A DNA stretch of 64,000 bases from Dipteris shenzhenensis (taxonomy: Eukaryota), in assembly GCA_047967505.1 (NCBI GenBank), contig CM106538.1. The stretch is one strand, 5' to 3'. Numbering within the stretch: position 1 is the first letter of the stretch; the number at the start of each line of letters is the position of its first letter. The position numbers and the translations under genes were made by a program. Under the pieces are notes generated by a model that was not told the DNA's origin, searched no databases, and was given only the letters and a program-made list of their open reading frames with translations. Positions 24,641 to 38,680 of the stretch are shown here, in pieces.

Positions 24641-27293
24641 TGATGGGATATCTCAAGGTGTATGCCTCAGGCACACCTTATGTTTCTATGTGTGAGTGCT
24701 AGACGCACAGTTAGGTGCCCACAAGCACAGTTAGGTGGTGGAGAGCCACATAGGATGATTGAGAGAATCTAGGAGCAGATTGAGGAGATGATTGTGGAGC
24801 TCTGAGGTCATCAGTGATGTCAATGAGCATGTATGAGGTGCCTACTTAAGGACCTCACTCTTCTTCATTCTACAATGGAAGTAATGCAAGTATTCTGAGT
24901 TTGTGTCCACTCTACTCTTTTCCTTCAGTTTTCCAACATGGTATCAGAGCCATTTGATCCCCCTTGAGCCCATTTCTGCCACATCATCATCATCATCATC
25001 ATCATCTTCTTCTTCTTCACCATCTCTCCCTCTTCTTCCCAAAATTTGCTTAAGCCTGTTCTCCTCAGGTTCTCAACCATTTCCCACGCCCTTCCTGCTG
25101 GAGATCCACCTTGAAGGGGCGAACTTCCGGCTGCAAGGAATTGAAGAACCTCCATCTCTGCTGGTCGCCATTACACGGTTTTCGTTGATTTCTCTTCCTG
25201 TGTTTTCTCTGCGCCTGCTCGTTCTTTCTCTAATTCCTTTCAGGGGAAGCTTCTCCATCCTTGGGCTACCTTGTGCTGAAATCTGAGCAGCAATGGCTGC
25301 ATATTGAAGGAGAAAATAGAGAAAAACCAGTCAACTTTGTAGAAGGAAGAGAAGGCGACCTGACACGTTTTTGCACCTCTTCTTCCCAGAGGATCTACTG
25401 TGGTATACCAGCTTTCTTTTGCCTCAGAAAGCCCCCTTTCTTTTGCTTTGAAGAGTGAGCTATAAGCCCTCCAAGTTCAGCTCTTTAGTTTTGACAGTTT
25501 TGACAAGCTTTTGAAGATGATGCTACATAAAATGCTACTCTAGCATTTCTGGTCTTTTGAAGCTTTCAATAACTTCAGTACAAGTGTGGATTCAGTTTTG
25601 TTTTGAATTGCTAGACCTTGTTTTGATTGGAAAGTATTCATTTCACCCACTTCTATGAAGCCTGTAAGAAGAAGCATCACTGTTTGAAATTTGGTCACTA
25701 GTCTTTGCTACATCAAGTGCTCATATTTTGGAAGTCTTTCACTTATTTTTGCCTTGTAAGAGAGATAGATACTGCCCAATATCTGGGTTAGACCCTCTCA
25801 TGGCTACCCTATTTAATCTTGAGAAGTTCAATGGAAAGGGCTTCCATACATGGCAAATGAAGGTGAAATTTGCATTGATGAGGGAGAACTTATGGGGACT
25901 TGTCAAACCCACTCCTATTGCTTCTACAGCCTCCAATGCTAGAGAATCTTCAACACCGACACAACCGGCAAGGGATTAAGCTAGAGAAGAAAAGCATATG
26001 GTATAATTGCTCTTGCTCTAGGTGATGATTATATACACCATATCTCTGACTTGGAGTCTCCTTCGGAAGCTTGGCAGAAGCTAGACATGATTTTTGGTGC
26101 AAGCTCTCACATCTCTAAACTATCACTTAAAATCTCTTTCTTTGAATTGAAGATGGCTAGTGGTACTACTTTAGCAGCTCATATCAACTATATGCGGACT
26201 CTTATGACTCAATTAGCTTCTATCAACTCTCCTATTTCTCCAGATGATGCTATGGCAGTGTTACTTAAGAGCATGCCTGAAGATTATGATCACATAGTTA
26301 CCACTTTGAAAAATCTTCCTAATCCTAATCTTGAAGGTATTATCTCTGCTCTCCAAGAAGAAGAAAGGCATATGGAGCTCAGGAAAGGCAATGACACTGT
26401 TTATGCTGTAAAAGTCTAGAAGGGCAAGTATACTCCTTGCAATCACTGTGGAAAGACAAATCACCTGTCAAAGGACTGCTTCAAAATTAATCCATGCAAG
26501 CACTATGGCAAGAACAACCATAATGAGAAGTTTTGCAGATCCAAAGCAAAGAAAGAAAATGCAAATCTACTTTCAGTTGAGCCTCCACAAGATGAGGCAT
26601 CCCATGAAGATTATGCATTTTAATCATCTCTATGTATGCTCTAGATCTCTCCTTTTATGTCAAGGTACTCAGCCTGGATAGTCCTCCAAAATGAATGAAA
26701 TAAACTATTGTGTTTTGTGTGTTTTGTAAACACCTCTGGTCACTTTATGATGTAGGCCATGTGTATGTTTTGCTCCATGGTACCTCCTGCAGACATTGTG
26801 TGCATGTACATGTAGGGGAGATAACCATTGGAAGGTCTTTTTGTATCCCTTTTGTTTACCTTACACCCAAGGGAACCCTTGCTAGCATGAGAACCTAGCC
26901 ATAGATTTATCCTTGACCACCATGAGATGGCATGAGAAACTATAAGACTAGATGTATCCTTGACATAGCCAGAGGCATTCCCTTGAGGGGGGGTTTGATG
27001 GGATATCTCAAGGTGTATGCCTCAGGCACACCTTATGTTTCTATGTGTGAGTGCTAGAGGCACAGTTAGGTGCCCACAAGCACAGTTAGGTGGTGGAGAG
27101 CCACATAGGATGATTGAGAGAATCTAGGAGCAGATTGAGGAGATGATTGTGGAGCTCTGAGGTCATCAGTGATGTCAGTGAGCATGTATGAGGTGCCTAC
27201 TTAAGGACCTCACTCTTCTTCATTCTACAATGGAAGTAATGCAAGTATTCTGAGTTTGTGTCCACTCTACTCTTTTCCTTCAGTTTTCCAACA
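24641..27293 (+). mobile_element. complete gag-only LTR retrotransposon (TR-GAG-like), 2653 bp
   Basis: 298-bp LTRs 24641-24938 and 26996-27293 (TG...CA, 2 mismatches seen), TSD GAAGT, PBS 24939-24950, PPT 26985-26993, gag but no pol. Confidence 0.95.
25800..26623 (+). pseudogene. copia-type gag with two zinc knuckles, disrupted
   Basis: MATLFNLEKFNGKGFHTWQMKVKFALMRENLW...; stop at 25977, frameshift near 25990, stop at 26417; then CNHCGKTNHLSKDC and CKHYGKNNHNEKFC; terminal TAA 26621-26623. Confidence 0.9.
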
Positions 27294-28629
27294 GAAGTGT
27301 GGGTCACACATAGATTAAAAAACTATGCATGTGTGGCACTCTGTGTTTAGAAGGAACTACTAAGGATTCATGCTAAAATATTGGGCCCAAAAATCTGGAC
27401 AAACATCTTCAAATCTGTCTCTTCTACTTTGGATTTGTTGTAAACTGCAAATGGATTGCAAGTGTTGATGGGGGTAATCTCTACAACTGAATTGCAGCTG
27501 CAAATGTAAACTACAAATGGATTGCAAGTGCTGATGGTGGTAATCTTTTTTGAAAGGCTTATTGTATTCTATTTGAACTTTACTCTGCTACTCTAACATG
27601 ATGTATGTATGCATGTATATATTAGGTGAAAGTAGATTATAACAACACTTCTCTACAAAGAGATAGCATGTATATTATATCTCACCATCCATGGATTTCA
27701 TAAGCATCTCCATTAAGTCTTTGGAAGAAGGGTAACAAAATTTTCTTTTGTAGGTAGCTCGATCTATTTATGTTGAGCTTGGGCACTATATGGGTCTTAC
27801 CCTAACCATGTTGTTTTCAGAGAGGACAAGCATCTAATGTGGTCTATAGGAAATGTGGCTTTGTCTATTCTCATAACCACATAAGCCATTTTTCTCGCTC
27901 AAGTATGTATTGAAAAAGGCTGCTTGGCTGGCCAATATTTCCATGCTTACATGACAATAATTTGAGCTTGGATTGATCATCCTTTGTTACATGTTTGAAT
28001 GGAAGTGATGTTGCTTTTTGGCTTGAATGCATGCGGTATCCTTGAGCTCTGATCAATGTTGCTTTGTAGCATATCTCTAATCAATGTTTCTTTACAACTT
28101 TGATGAAAGAGAAGCATCATAGTGTTTCTTAAAGGAGGATGAAGACTGAAAGAGGCACATAGTAAGAAATGCAAGATCGATAGATGACATTTTATGTGGT
28201 TGCAAACTTCACTCCCAGTATATTGGTGTAGGTTTGTCCATCTCCAATCTTATCCCTCCGCTCCTTCCACATCAACAATAAGCAGTAGATGTGGGAAAGC
28301 TCAAATGATGCTTTAAGTGGATTATAGAACTTGAAGTTAGAGTAGTTAGTGCACATTGCATAGATATTCTATCCCAGAGTCGTCTAGACATGTGGACATC
28401 TAGTATCTTAAATTATTGCTTGGCCTTGAATGGCTACTTAATTTTGGTGAACAAGGAGCAACTACAAATGGCCATTGTGGAGATTCTAAAAGAAATTTTG
28501 TTTCAAAGATGCTCATGCAAAAGTAGAGGGAGGTGCTACTGAGGCATAATCCCATGGCCTCCTTAGTCAGTGTGAACCCCTCTTTGATCATGGTGGTGAA
28601 ACTCACCAAGGTGGTTGCATCATAAGTTT

Positions 28630-31600
28630 ACTACAAGGCAGACAATATGCCAAAATTAGTTCAAGGGAAAGGCATCCTCCCTATGAACAATTTCACTGGT
28701 ACAAAAGGATTGGTGAAAGATGTACTCTATGTTCTGAAGCTCAGCAAGAACCTCTTGCCAGTAGTTCAAATGAGGGAACACTACTGAGTCATCTTCGATG
28801 GAGATGAATGCACTATCAGAGACAACAAATCCAGAGGATATTAGCTAGTAGGAAAAGCAGTCAAGGAAGGATGCTTGTTCAAAATGCTAGCTACAGTACC
28901 AGATTTGCATGCCATGTTAGCCCAACTACTGCAATAGATGCCACTTTTCACAAAATGGCACAAAAGATATGGACATGTCAATTTCAAAAGCTTGATAGAG
29001 CTCAGGAATCAGAATATGGAAATTGGAATTCCTAAGCTACAGTTTCTTGGAAAAGTTTGTGAAACATGCTGCTTCGGCAAACAAAAGTGAAGCAACTTCG
29101 ACAGAAGCATTTCTCGAGCATGAGGTATTCTTGATTGGATACATATAGATGTATGGGGTTATGCCCAAACTTGTAGCATCAATGGTTCACTTTACTACTT
29201 GACTTTCATCGATGACTACAACATATATTATTGGGTCTACTTTTTGAAAGAAAAATCTGAAGTCTTTTCTAGATTTCAAGAATTCAAAGCCATGGTAGAA
29301 AACCAGACACATAGAAAGATCAAAGTCATGCGATTAGATAGAGGAGGTGAATACATGTCTTCAACATTCATGATTTTTTGCAGAAGCCATGGCATTAAAA
29401 GAGACAATTCATTTGTGGAGACACTCCTTAGCAGAATGCAAGAGATGAAAGGAAGAACTGTACTTTAGTAAACAGTGCTAGATCAATGCTTAGTGAGAAG
29501 CATCTTCTAAATTAGTATTGGGTAGAAGCAATAGCCATTGCAAACTACTTGCTTAATCGGCTTTCAAGCGAACCAATTCAAGGTATGACACCTTATGAAC
29601 CATTCACTGGATATAAGCACACATGGGCATCTTTTCATATTTGGTTGCATAACATATGCCCACATACATGATGATCATCGTAGGAAATTGGATGCAAAGT
29701 CACGTAAATACATCATGGTTGGCTACAGTGAAGAAAGCAAAGCATACAAGCTTTATGATCCCATCAACCAAAAGGTCATTATCTCAAGAGATGTAATCTT
29801 TGATGAGGAATCGGAATGGAAAACCTCAAATACATAGGAGATAGATGCACCAATTACCTAGTCATCTACAGAAAAGGTTGATAAAGAAGAGCAAGAATTG
29901 CTAGAAGCACCCTGAGAAAAACTACAACAACTCAAATAGTCTACTAGGGAAAGAAGACCACCTGCTAGATTGACATATGCTCAGAAAGGCAAAGAAATTC
30001 AAGTTGAAACCACCAATTATGCTCTTATTACTACCATCATGGCTACAAATGAGCCAGTGTACTTCAAAGTTGCAATTGACAAGCCAGAATGGCAAACTAC
30101 TATGAATGAAGAAATGGATTCTTTGTACAATAATAATACTTGGGAATTATGCGACCTTCCACAAGGAAAGAAGGCCATAGCAAACAAATGGGTATACAAA
30201 GTGAAGTACAATCCAGATGGAAGTATTGAAAGATACAAAGCCAGACTAGTTGAAAAAGGATTTCACAATAGTACGGTCAAGATTATGATGAGACTTATGC
30301 TCCAGTAGTAGCAAAGATGGATTCCATACGGTTCTTGATATCACTAGGGACACTAAGCAGATGAAATGTTTACCAAGTCGATGTCAAGAATGAATTTCTT
30401 AATGGTTATCTAGACGAGAAAGTCTACATGCAACAACCAGTAGATTATGTTGAACCAAAAAAAGAGAATCAGGTTTGCCATCTCAAGAAAAGTCTCTACA
30501 ACTTAAAGCAAGCACCCAGAAGTTGGTACAGCAGAATTGATAAATATTTTGCTAACCTGGGATACATGAAATACATGAAATCCAATGTAGATCATACTTT
30601 CTACTACAAAGTTCAAGGGGAAGACATTACTATTGCACTTTTATGCGTAGATGATCTGATTGTGACTAGAAGCAAGGATAGCTTCATCAAGAAATCGAAA
30701 CAAGACTTATCTATAGAGTTTGACATGAAAGATCTTGGACTTATGCACTATTGTCTTGGTATTGAGTTTTGAAGAGATTCAGACAACACCTTCATGAGTC
30801 AACTGAAATATGTTGACAGTCTTCTGAAGAAGTTTCATATGGCATATTGCAAGATTGCAGCCACTCCCTTTTGAAACTTACTAAAGATTCAAAAAAGCTA
30901 CACTCAATGATAGGTACTATTGGCAGATCATCAGATCTCTTATATATTTGACTATCACACGGCCAGATATTTGTTATGCAGTAAGTTCACTAGCATTGTT
31001 TATGACAAATTCAAAACGATCTCATTGGAATGCAGTTCAAAGATTCTTGGGATACATAAGAGGTATAGGATAGTTTGGGATAGAATACAGATGAAGTCAT
31101 CCAAGGTTGCATGGATACTATGACCGTGACTATGCCAGAGATCATGAGACTAGGAGATCGACACAGGGATATGCATTTTTCCTTGGTCAAACTACTATAT
31201 CATGGTTGTCAAACAAACAGCTAACAACTGTTTCCTTTTCTTTGTTTGAATCAGAATATAGGACTCTCACTACAAGTGCATGTGAGGCTATATGGCTCAG
31301 AAGACTATTGTAAAAAACATTTTGCTTTGATGAATCAAAGCCAACAACAATATACTGCATTAATCAATCGGCTTGAGCATTGGCCAAGAATCTAGTACAT
31401 CACTCTAGGACAAAGCACATTGATGTCAGAGAGCACTTCATTAGAGAAAGAGTGTTACTTGGTGATATCACACTATAGCATTGTGATAGCAAAGAGAATG
31501 TTGCAGACGTCTTTACCAAACCACTCGGTAAAGAGATTATTGAGAAACATCGACAAGCTCTTGAGCTCTTGGTTTGATGTAGAGGAAGGACATTCCCATT

Positions 31601-31810
31601 AAAGGGGTTTGATGGAATGTAATGCTCAATCCTAATTCGATTCCCTAGAATCATCATCTTGGGGGAAGGCCTACTTCATGATGTTGATCTTGAGGGAAGG
31701 TGTTGAGAGATTAGCTCAACATCATGTGATCATATGTGCATAGCACTAACACATATAGAGTACTATGAAGGAAAGGATTAGATGCCCTAACCCTAACCCT
31801 AAATGGGTTT
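28630..31810 (+). mobile_element. degenerate Ty1/copia pol (end of PR, INT, RT, RNase H) plus PPT and start of 3' LTR
   Basis: VKDVLYVLKLSKNLL, KWHKRYGHVNF...CETC, TFIDDYNIYYWVYFLKEKSEVF, KWVYKVKYNPDGSIERYKARLV, LKQAPRSWY, LCVDD, RTKHIDVREHFIRE. GAGGGAAGG then TGTTGAG at 31701. Many stops and frameshifts; no 5' LTR found. Confidence 0.9.
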
Positions 31811-31811
31811 G

Positions 31812-32260
31812 TATATTTTCTACATTGTCTAGTACAACTTGAAGTACATTGTCTGAACCCACATTCTCAATTACCTCACCTAATACAGATGCAATGAAGC
31901 GAACTATTTTCTTCTTCCTTGTGCAATCAATTGATTTAAAGAATCCCTCACCTCATGGAGTAGCATCCATAAAATTCAATAAAAGACAATGAGCAACATT
32001 TTTTCAACCATCACAAACGGCATTTTAAACCCTAGACAAACTTTAGCAACCGTAGCAAATGTTCTCTTCCAATGTAGTCTATTTACGATGCTTAAAGAAA
32101 ATCTTGCTCGGCATATTGCATCCATAACTTCCTCTTTTTCTTGCTCGATCAACTGACCTTTAAATGACTTCTCAATTGATGGTTGTTGATACACATGCCC
32201 TCTATGTGAGCAACTAGTTCTTTGAAGTTCTAGTGTAGCCATGAGGTTATTGAAGGATGG
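31812..32260 (-). pseudogene. hAT-superfamily transposase fragment (DUF659-type)
   Basis: ...DAICRARFSLSIVNRLHWKRTFATVAKVCLGFKMP, then (another frame) LLNFMDATP*GEGFFKSIDCTRKKK...GEVIENVGSDNVLQVVLDNVEN, matching the DUF659 pattern LINF...FLKSVD...VGEENVVQVVTDNA. Confidence 0.75.
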
Positions 32261-32749
32261 ATCTTTAGTTTCATGAGTAGAAAAAATGGATGGACCCTAC
32301 CTCCTTGAAATTGTAAATACCTCCTCATTCTATTGACTTTGTGACATTGAAGGAATGTTGGATGGATTAGCATGTTGCATTATCTCCAATTGTAAGGAAG
32401 GCCATTCCCTAGTAAGAGAAACAATGGCTGATTGGACATTAGGACCATCATATTTTCTAATGTTTCCACTCTTTCAACCAAGGAGGTGTGCTTGCATCCT
32501 AGTCCCCGAGCCATGAAATAAACCCTGACAAAAGTTGCACTTCCATTTGGTTGATAACATAGTGACATATCTTCTACTATTATCACTTTTAAGTCCTCAT
32601 GTCTGAGGAGCCATGATATCTTCCTAATAGCAAGCTATAATACATAGCAAGAATACCATAATTAGCCATTCATTCAATCATTTCATTCATGAAACTATAA
32701 GAAGAATGACTTGAAACAACATTTCTATGGATGATCATAGCTTCATCAT

Positions 32750-33815
32750 GATGCCTCACAATTCAAGCGATTGTAGCTTCCCACTAATGCCCATAACTCA
32801 AAGATCATCCTACTCAAATAACTCCGAAAATAAAGTATTTTAAGAGTTTTTTGAATTCTACATATAAGTCAGGATTGCAAATTAGCCCTAATGCCCAACA
32901 ACTCCTAGATCAATGTTGAACCAAAAGTGTTGAACCAAAAGTCAAGAATGAAGGCCAAATTATAATCCCTATGGAATGATTGTAGCAAGTAGAAGGATTG
33001 CATCTTTACCCTGATGCCCCACAACTCCGAGCTTACTGATAAGCTTGGAAGTCAAACATAAAGGCCAAGCCATAATCACAAAGAAAGTGCAATATGTAAG
33101 ACAAAGATAGCTTGCTTGAAGTGATTGCAACTTGGCTCTAATGCCCTATAACCCCTAGCTCATTGATAAGCTAGAAGTCAAGCATAAAAGCCAAGCCTAT
33201 ATTGTACTAAGAAGTGAAAATAAAAAAATAAAAAGTCAAAAAGTGACAAGCTCCACTCAACAATGATCTAGTTGACTCGATACTCACTTAAATAAAGTAA
33301 TTCAAGAGCTTGTTATATTCCACGTGTAAGGGTGGTGTAGAGATACACCATTTGTCTAGAATGATCAAGTTCAAATAAGTTGCTTAATTTCAAGGAATTG
33401 TAGCTTTTGCCTTGATGTCCCACAACTCATAGCTCAATTCTGAGCCAAATAAAGGCTAAGCTATAATCCCCATGGAAATATTGTGGAAGTAGAAGGATTA
33501 CAACTTTGACCTGATGCTCCACAACTCCAAGCTTATTAATATGCTAGAAGTCAAGCATAAACACCAAGCCACGATAGAGAAAGATGTGATTTATAAGACA
33601 GAGATATTTTAACTAACTTGCAATGCCTAACTTTTCCTTGATGCCCTTCAACCCCTAGCTCATCGATGTGCTAGAAGCCGAGCATAAAAGCTAAGACATT
33701 ACCTCCATGGAATGATTACAACACACAAGACAAAGATATTTTAATACTTGAAGGGATTACAACTTCATCCTAGTGCCCCACAACTCATAGCTTGCTACTG
33801 AGCAAAGAGGTAGGC
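32750..33815. repeat. diverged tandem array, ~100-130-bp unit (left part)
   Basis: About 8 copies of GATTGCAACTTTACCCTAATGCCCCACAACTCCTAGCTCATTGATAAGCTAGAAGTCAAGCATAAAGGCCAAGCC-like units. Confidence 0.85.
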
Positions 33816-35479
33816 TATTAACATCCACAGAGTACGGTCACCAAATGCAGGGTAATAAATGAGTAAAGGTGATCAAGCTGAATGATCTACTTCAATGGAC
33901 AAGCTCAAGGGAGTTTGATACCCAAATACACCAAGATCAGTGATTACAAGCAATGTGCAAACAGAAGGAGTATAGCTCAAACTCAGGGAGTTTGATCCCC
34001 AAATACCCAAAGTCCGCTCCAAACCAAGGATTCAAGGCACAAGTGGTATGTTCCAACTACTGCCACCTGAAACAAGGAGATGCACACTTTTGTGCCACAT
34101 CCAAGAAGCATGAGGAGTGCAAGCGCCTTGCACTTTTCAGCTCCACATCCACAGAAATAGCCATGCCAATAGCCATGAAAGGAGTATAGCTCAAACTCAT
34201 GGAGATTGTTCCCCAAATATCATCTCGAGATAGGGTTACCATTGAGTGTCTTGCGGAAGCTGAGCCTCGCCACTCCAAGTTTAAGTCTCATGCATCATGC
34301 ATGACCACAAACAGGTGAAGGTGTGAGGGCACTCAGGGAGTTTGAGCCTCAAAACACCCAAGCCTAAGAGGCACGAGGCAAACACAAGCACTATTTGGGA
34401 ACTGGTTAGGTGTCCCAATTGCTTTAATATGGTTAGGACAAGCACTATTTTTGCTAGTAGGGAGAGATGGTAGAATAGCAATATGCCTTGGCACCCTATG
34501 GGCCCAAGAGCCCTTGGTTGTAAAGTGAGGGAGAGTGCTAAAAAGGAAAAGGGTTGGCCCTCCCTTCAAAAGGTGACATGTATAAAAGACCAAATGGTTG
34601 ACTTTGGTCTTCATTGTTGTTTGCACGAAGTTGAATACAAGCTCCCTCTTCTCTTCCAAGAGAGTGTTTTGGGTGTTCTCTTATTTCTTCATAGTGCCTT
34701 TGTGGTTTCACTCTATCCCCCTTCACTCCCTTCTCCTTCTTCCCCTCCTCCTCCCCTCCTTCTCCCTCTCCCCTCCCCTCTTCCTCTTCCCCCTTTCTCA
34801 CGTGAAACCACATTGCAACAATCTGGAGGCCGCTTGCGTAACACTTGCAGATGACTCGTGTTATGCATTGCTCCCACAAGGAGTAGCTAGGAGTGGAGAC
34901 TCCATCGGCATATCTTCAGCTACCCCATGACACATGAGTCACCACTGAGACCCACCACATTTTTGGCACTCTTGTTGGGGATAAAAGGTATTCTTTTTTA
35001 TTTGCACTTATTTTCCTTCGATACATTCCCATTGTACAAGTCTTCAACCTTACCTTGGAGCTTATTAGTGGAGTTGTAGGAGAGAAGAGAGGTGGAAAGT
35101 GAGAGAGAGGACGAAAATCTATTTTTTTTGTGGGAATGCCATTTGTGAGCATGGGAAGCTTGTCTTTGATTCTTTTTGGTGTTTCAAGTTGATAGGAACT
35201 TAGTAGGCTTGATTGCTAAGTGTGTAGGAGGTCTAATCACCCCAAAAAACAACAGAAGTAAGGATTTTTGTCAAGTTTTGAAGTAGTTTTATGTTTTAGA
35301 ACTCCCCTTTTCTGAGTTTTTGTACTTTGGATTTCAAAAAGTGTTTGTTTCCAAGTTTTTTTTCATTGAGTAGGTAGATTAGGTATGTAGCATCCCCCCA
35401 TCATAAAAATCATAAACAAAAACTGGAAAATCATTAGGAATCATCAAATCTTAGTCGACAAAATTGTGTATGACTATCC

Positions 35480-38125
35480 TGTCGGACTGTATGGCCTAGA
35501 AATACATGGACATGAAAGGGGTACTTGCCGCAATGGTGTAGCATACAATCACCATGATGGATGATGTCAGGCCAGTATGGCAACGCCCCTACCCTATGAA
35601 CCCTAAATACACACTCATAGTGAGGGAAGAAATCTAAAAACTCATAGATGCAGGATTCATCTATGAGATCGAGCATACAGACTGGGTATCACCCATTGTG
35701 ATAGTCATGAAGAAAAATGGAAAAATTAGAGTATGTGTGGATTTCAAGAAGGTTAATGCTACCATGAGGTGTGACCATGACCCCCTGCCATTCACAAAAC
35801 ATGTTCTAGAAAGGGTAGCCGAAAAGGAAGCGTATAGATTCCTAGATGGATTTTCAGGTTACAACCAAGTGTCGATTGCCCCCCAAGATCAACACAAAAC
35901 CGCCTTCGCAACCGAATGGGGTGTATATGCATTTGGGTGATGATATTCGGATTAACCAATGCTCCTGCTACCTTCCAACGTATGATGATTATGGTATTCA
36001 AGGAATATCTGAGGGACTTTATGAAAGTATTCTTGGATGATATCTATGTGAACTCGAAATGGGATGACCACCTGAAGTATCTCAGGCTCGTGCCGCTTAT
36101 ACTGCCTATCCCTCAACCCCCTTAAGTGCTAGTTTTGGGTTAAAGATGGTGTCATCCTGGGCCACATAGTGTCCCAGAATGGAATCTCGATGGACCACAA
36201 TAAAATCAAACTCATCTTGGAGTTACCGCCCCCCAGCAATGCCAAGGGAGTCCAATGATTTATGGCCATATGGGCTATTAGTGGAGATTTATCTTGTTCT
36301 ATGCGAGCATAGCCTGCCCATTATACAAACTACTAGTATCCTTTGAGTGGACCGAAGAATGCCAAGCATCCTTCGAAACCCTCAACTTAGCTGTAGCCAC
36401 TGCACCAGTGTTGACGTCACCCGATTGGAATTTAATATTCCACGTCCACATTGATGCCTCTAACTTTGCCATTGGATGTGTGTTAGCCTAACCTGGGAAG
36501 CATAATTTGGATTACCCGGTAGACTTTGCCAGCCGTTAAGTAAATAAGGTCAAGGTTAACTACACTACCACTGAGAGAGGGAGTCTCGCCATGGTCTATG
36601 TAGTAAAGAGGTTCAGGCACTACTTGTTAGCTAACAAGTTTGTCTTCTTCATGGACTATCAAGCATTGCTATACTTGATCAACAAAACCTGCATGATAGG
36701 ATGCATCACTAGATGGATGCTGATCCTACTAGAATTAGACTTCACAATCACTGTACATAAGGGCAAAAACCACGTTCTAGCCAACCACCTATCAAGGATC
36801 CCGAATGCGGTGAGTCTCTGACAGGAGTAGATGATGATCTCCCGACGCTTCCCTCTTCTTCCTTGACATCATTCCCGAATGGGTTGCCAAAATCGGCCAC
36901 TAGTTGGCCAACAGACCACCCCTAGGCCAGGGCCTCAAGTAATTAGAGCCCATAAACTCATTAAGGATGCCGCACCCTATCAGTTGATGATTGCAGGCCA
37001 ACTATACCGCATGGGCAAGGATGGTATACTGCAAAGATGCATGTGTGAACACGAATACATGGAGGTGCTTGAAGAAGCCCACTCAAGAATCGCAAGAGAT
37101 CATTTTACGCTAATGTTACAGCACGTAAAGTGCTGCAAGTTGGTCTCTGGTGGCCAACACTCTTCAGAGACATGACCAAATTCATCAAATGATGTGACCC
37201 CTGCCAACGTATCCAAATCCCGCATAGGGCAGACATGATGCCCCTGACCAGAATCTTAGTCGACCAACACTTCAAAAAATGGGGCATTGATTTCATTAAT
37301 CCCATAAGCCCAATAGCCAAGGGGATCGTGGCACGATACATCATCCTGGCCACCGACTACTTCACTAAGTGGGTAGAAGGAAGAGCCATGGCAAAGGCTG
37401 ATGCAAGAACCACTGCCAAATTCTTATATGAACAAGTCATTACGCAGTTTGGATGCCCGTTGGAGTTAGGCAGTGATCGAGAAACTCACTTCCTCAACAA
37501 AACCATAGCAATCCTGACAAGCAAATTTATGATCATTCATAGAAAGTCAATGCCATACTACCCTAGAGCAAATGGCTTGGCCAAGAGCTCCAACAAGACA
37601 TGATGTAAGATCATCACCTATACAGTAGAAGCTAGTCGTACCGACTGGGAGCATAAGCTCATAGTAACGTTATGGGCCTACAAGACCTCCTACAAAGTGG
37701 CAACACATAGTACCCCCTTTAAGTTAACCTTTGGGGTAGAGGCAGTAATGCCAATGGAGTATGTAGTGCCTAGCCTCCGTTTTGCCCGCAAAAGAAAGAC
37801 TCACAGAAAATGCGTTAGTTGAATGGCTAGTCGACTTCGAAAAGTTAGAAGAGACAAGGTTGCGTGCAACCTACTCTCTTCGAGTAGAAAAGGTCCGATG
37901 TAAGAAGTGGTTCAACCGCAACCTCAAGAACAAGGACCTAATGGAAGGAGACTTGGCACTCCTATACAGTGTCCGCAATATCAAACGTAAGCTTAAGTAC
38001 TGAGGTATGGGTCCTTACCGTGCAGTTGAGATCACTCCTTAGGGGTTGTGCCGAATAGCCACCCTTGATGGAATAGAAATGGATGGCTACCTAAGTAGGA
38101 GCAAACTAAAAAGATACTATGGACC
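35480..38125 (+). pseudogene. gypsy pol: RT, RNase H, integrase (disrupted)
   Basis: WVSPIVIVMKKNGKIRVCVDFKKVN, FLDGFSGYNQV, FGLTNAPATFQR, FLDD, HIDASNFAIG, KWGIDFI, TDYFTKWVE, YYPRANG, GPY, KLKRYY. Confidence 0.93.
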
Positions 38126-38317
38126 ACTCACTCTCTCCACCCTTCAAGCCGTGCATAGAGAAAAAGAACTCAAGGCAGAGGTGGCTAGGATGAAGTGCTA
38201 GGCCATCGAGGAAGCCAGAATTCGTAATGCTAAGATCCGACAATGTAGACAAATGACCCTGCTTAAGGCAACAGTTGAATAGATGCAACTAACGGATGAG
38301 CTAACAATAGAGCAAGC

Positions 38318-38680
38318 AGGTTGCTTGTTCAGCTACAGGTACTGCGCATGCGCATCAAAGCACTCGTGGATCCAGGAGTGAGCCACAACTTCATCTCTTG
38401 AGAGGTATGGGAAAAGCTACAGGTACCCCTAACCCTCACTATTGCCTCAATAAGAGCTATAAAGGCCAACTTCTACAAACTTTGGGTTATGTAAATCTAA
38501 GTCTAATGGTTGTTCACCAAGCCGTGGATATACGCTTTTATGTTCTCCCTACAGAGGCCTCCAAAGAACAGATTATTCTAGGGAGAACTTGGTGCTATGC
38601 CATGAACTATCAAATCGACTAGCACACCTGAACTGCTTTGCTTACCAATGGTGGCCAAATGGCAATAGTCCCATTGTGCA
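38318..38680 (+). pseudogene. retropepsin-like aspartic protease domain located downstream of integrase
   Basis: RLLVQLQVLRMRIKALVDPGVSHNFIS*EVWEKL (DPG at 38369-38377), then after one frameshift GQLLQTLGYVNLSLMV...IRFYVLP...IILGRTWCYAMNYQID*. Confidence 0.75.

Noticed and set aside
31810-31863. Extension of the copia 3' LTR to ...AACCCACA
   Set aside because: This sequence translates on the minus strand as the hAT/DUF659 motif VGSDNVLQVVLDN.
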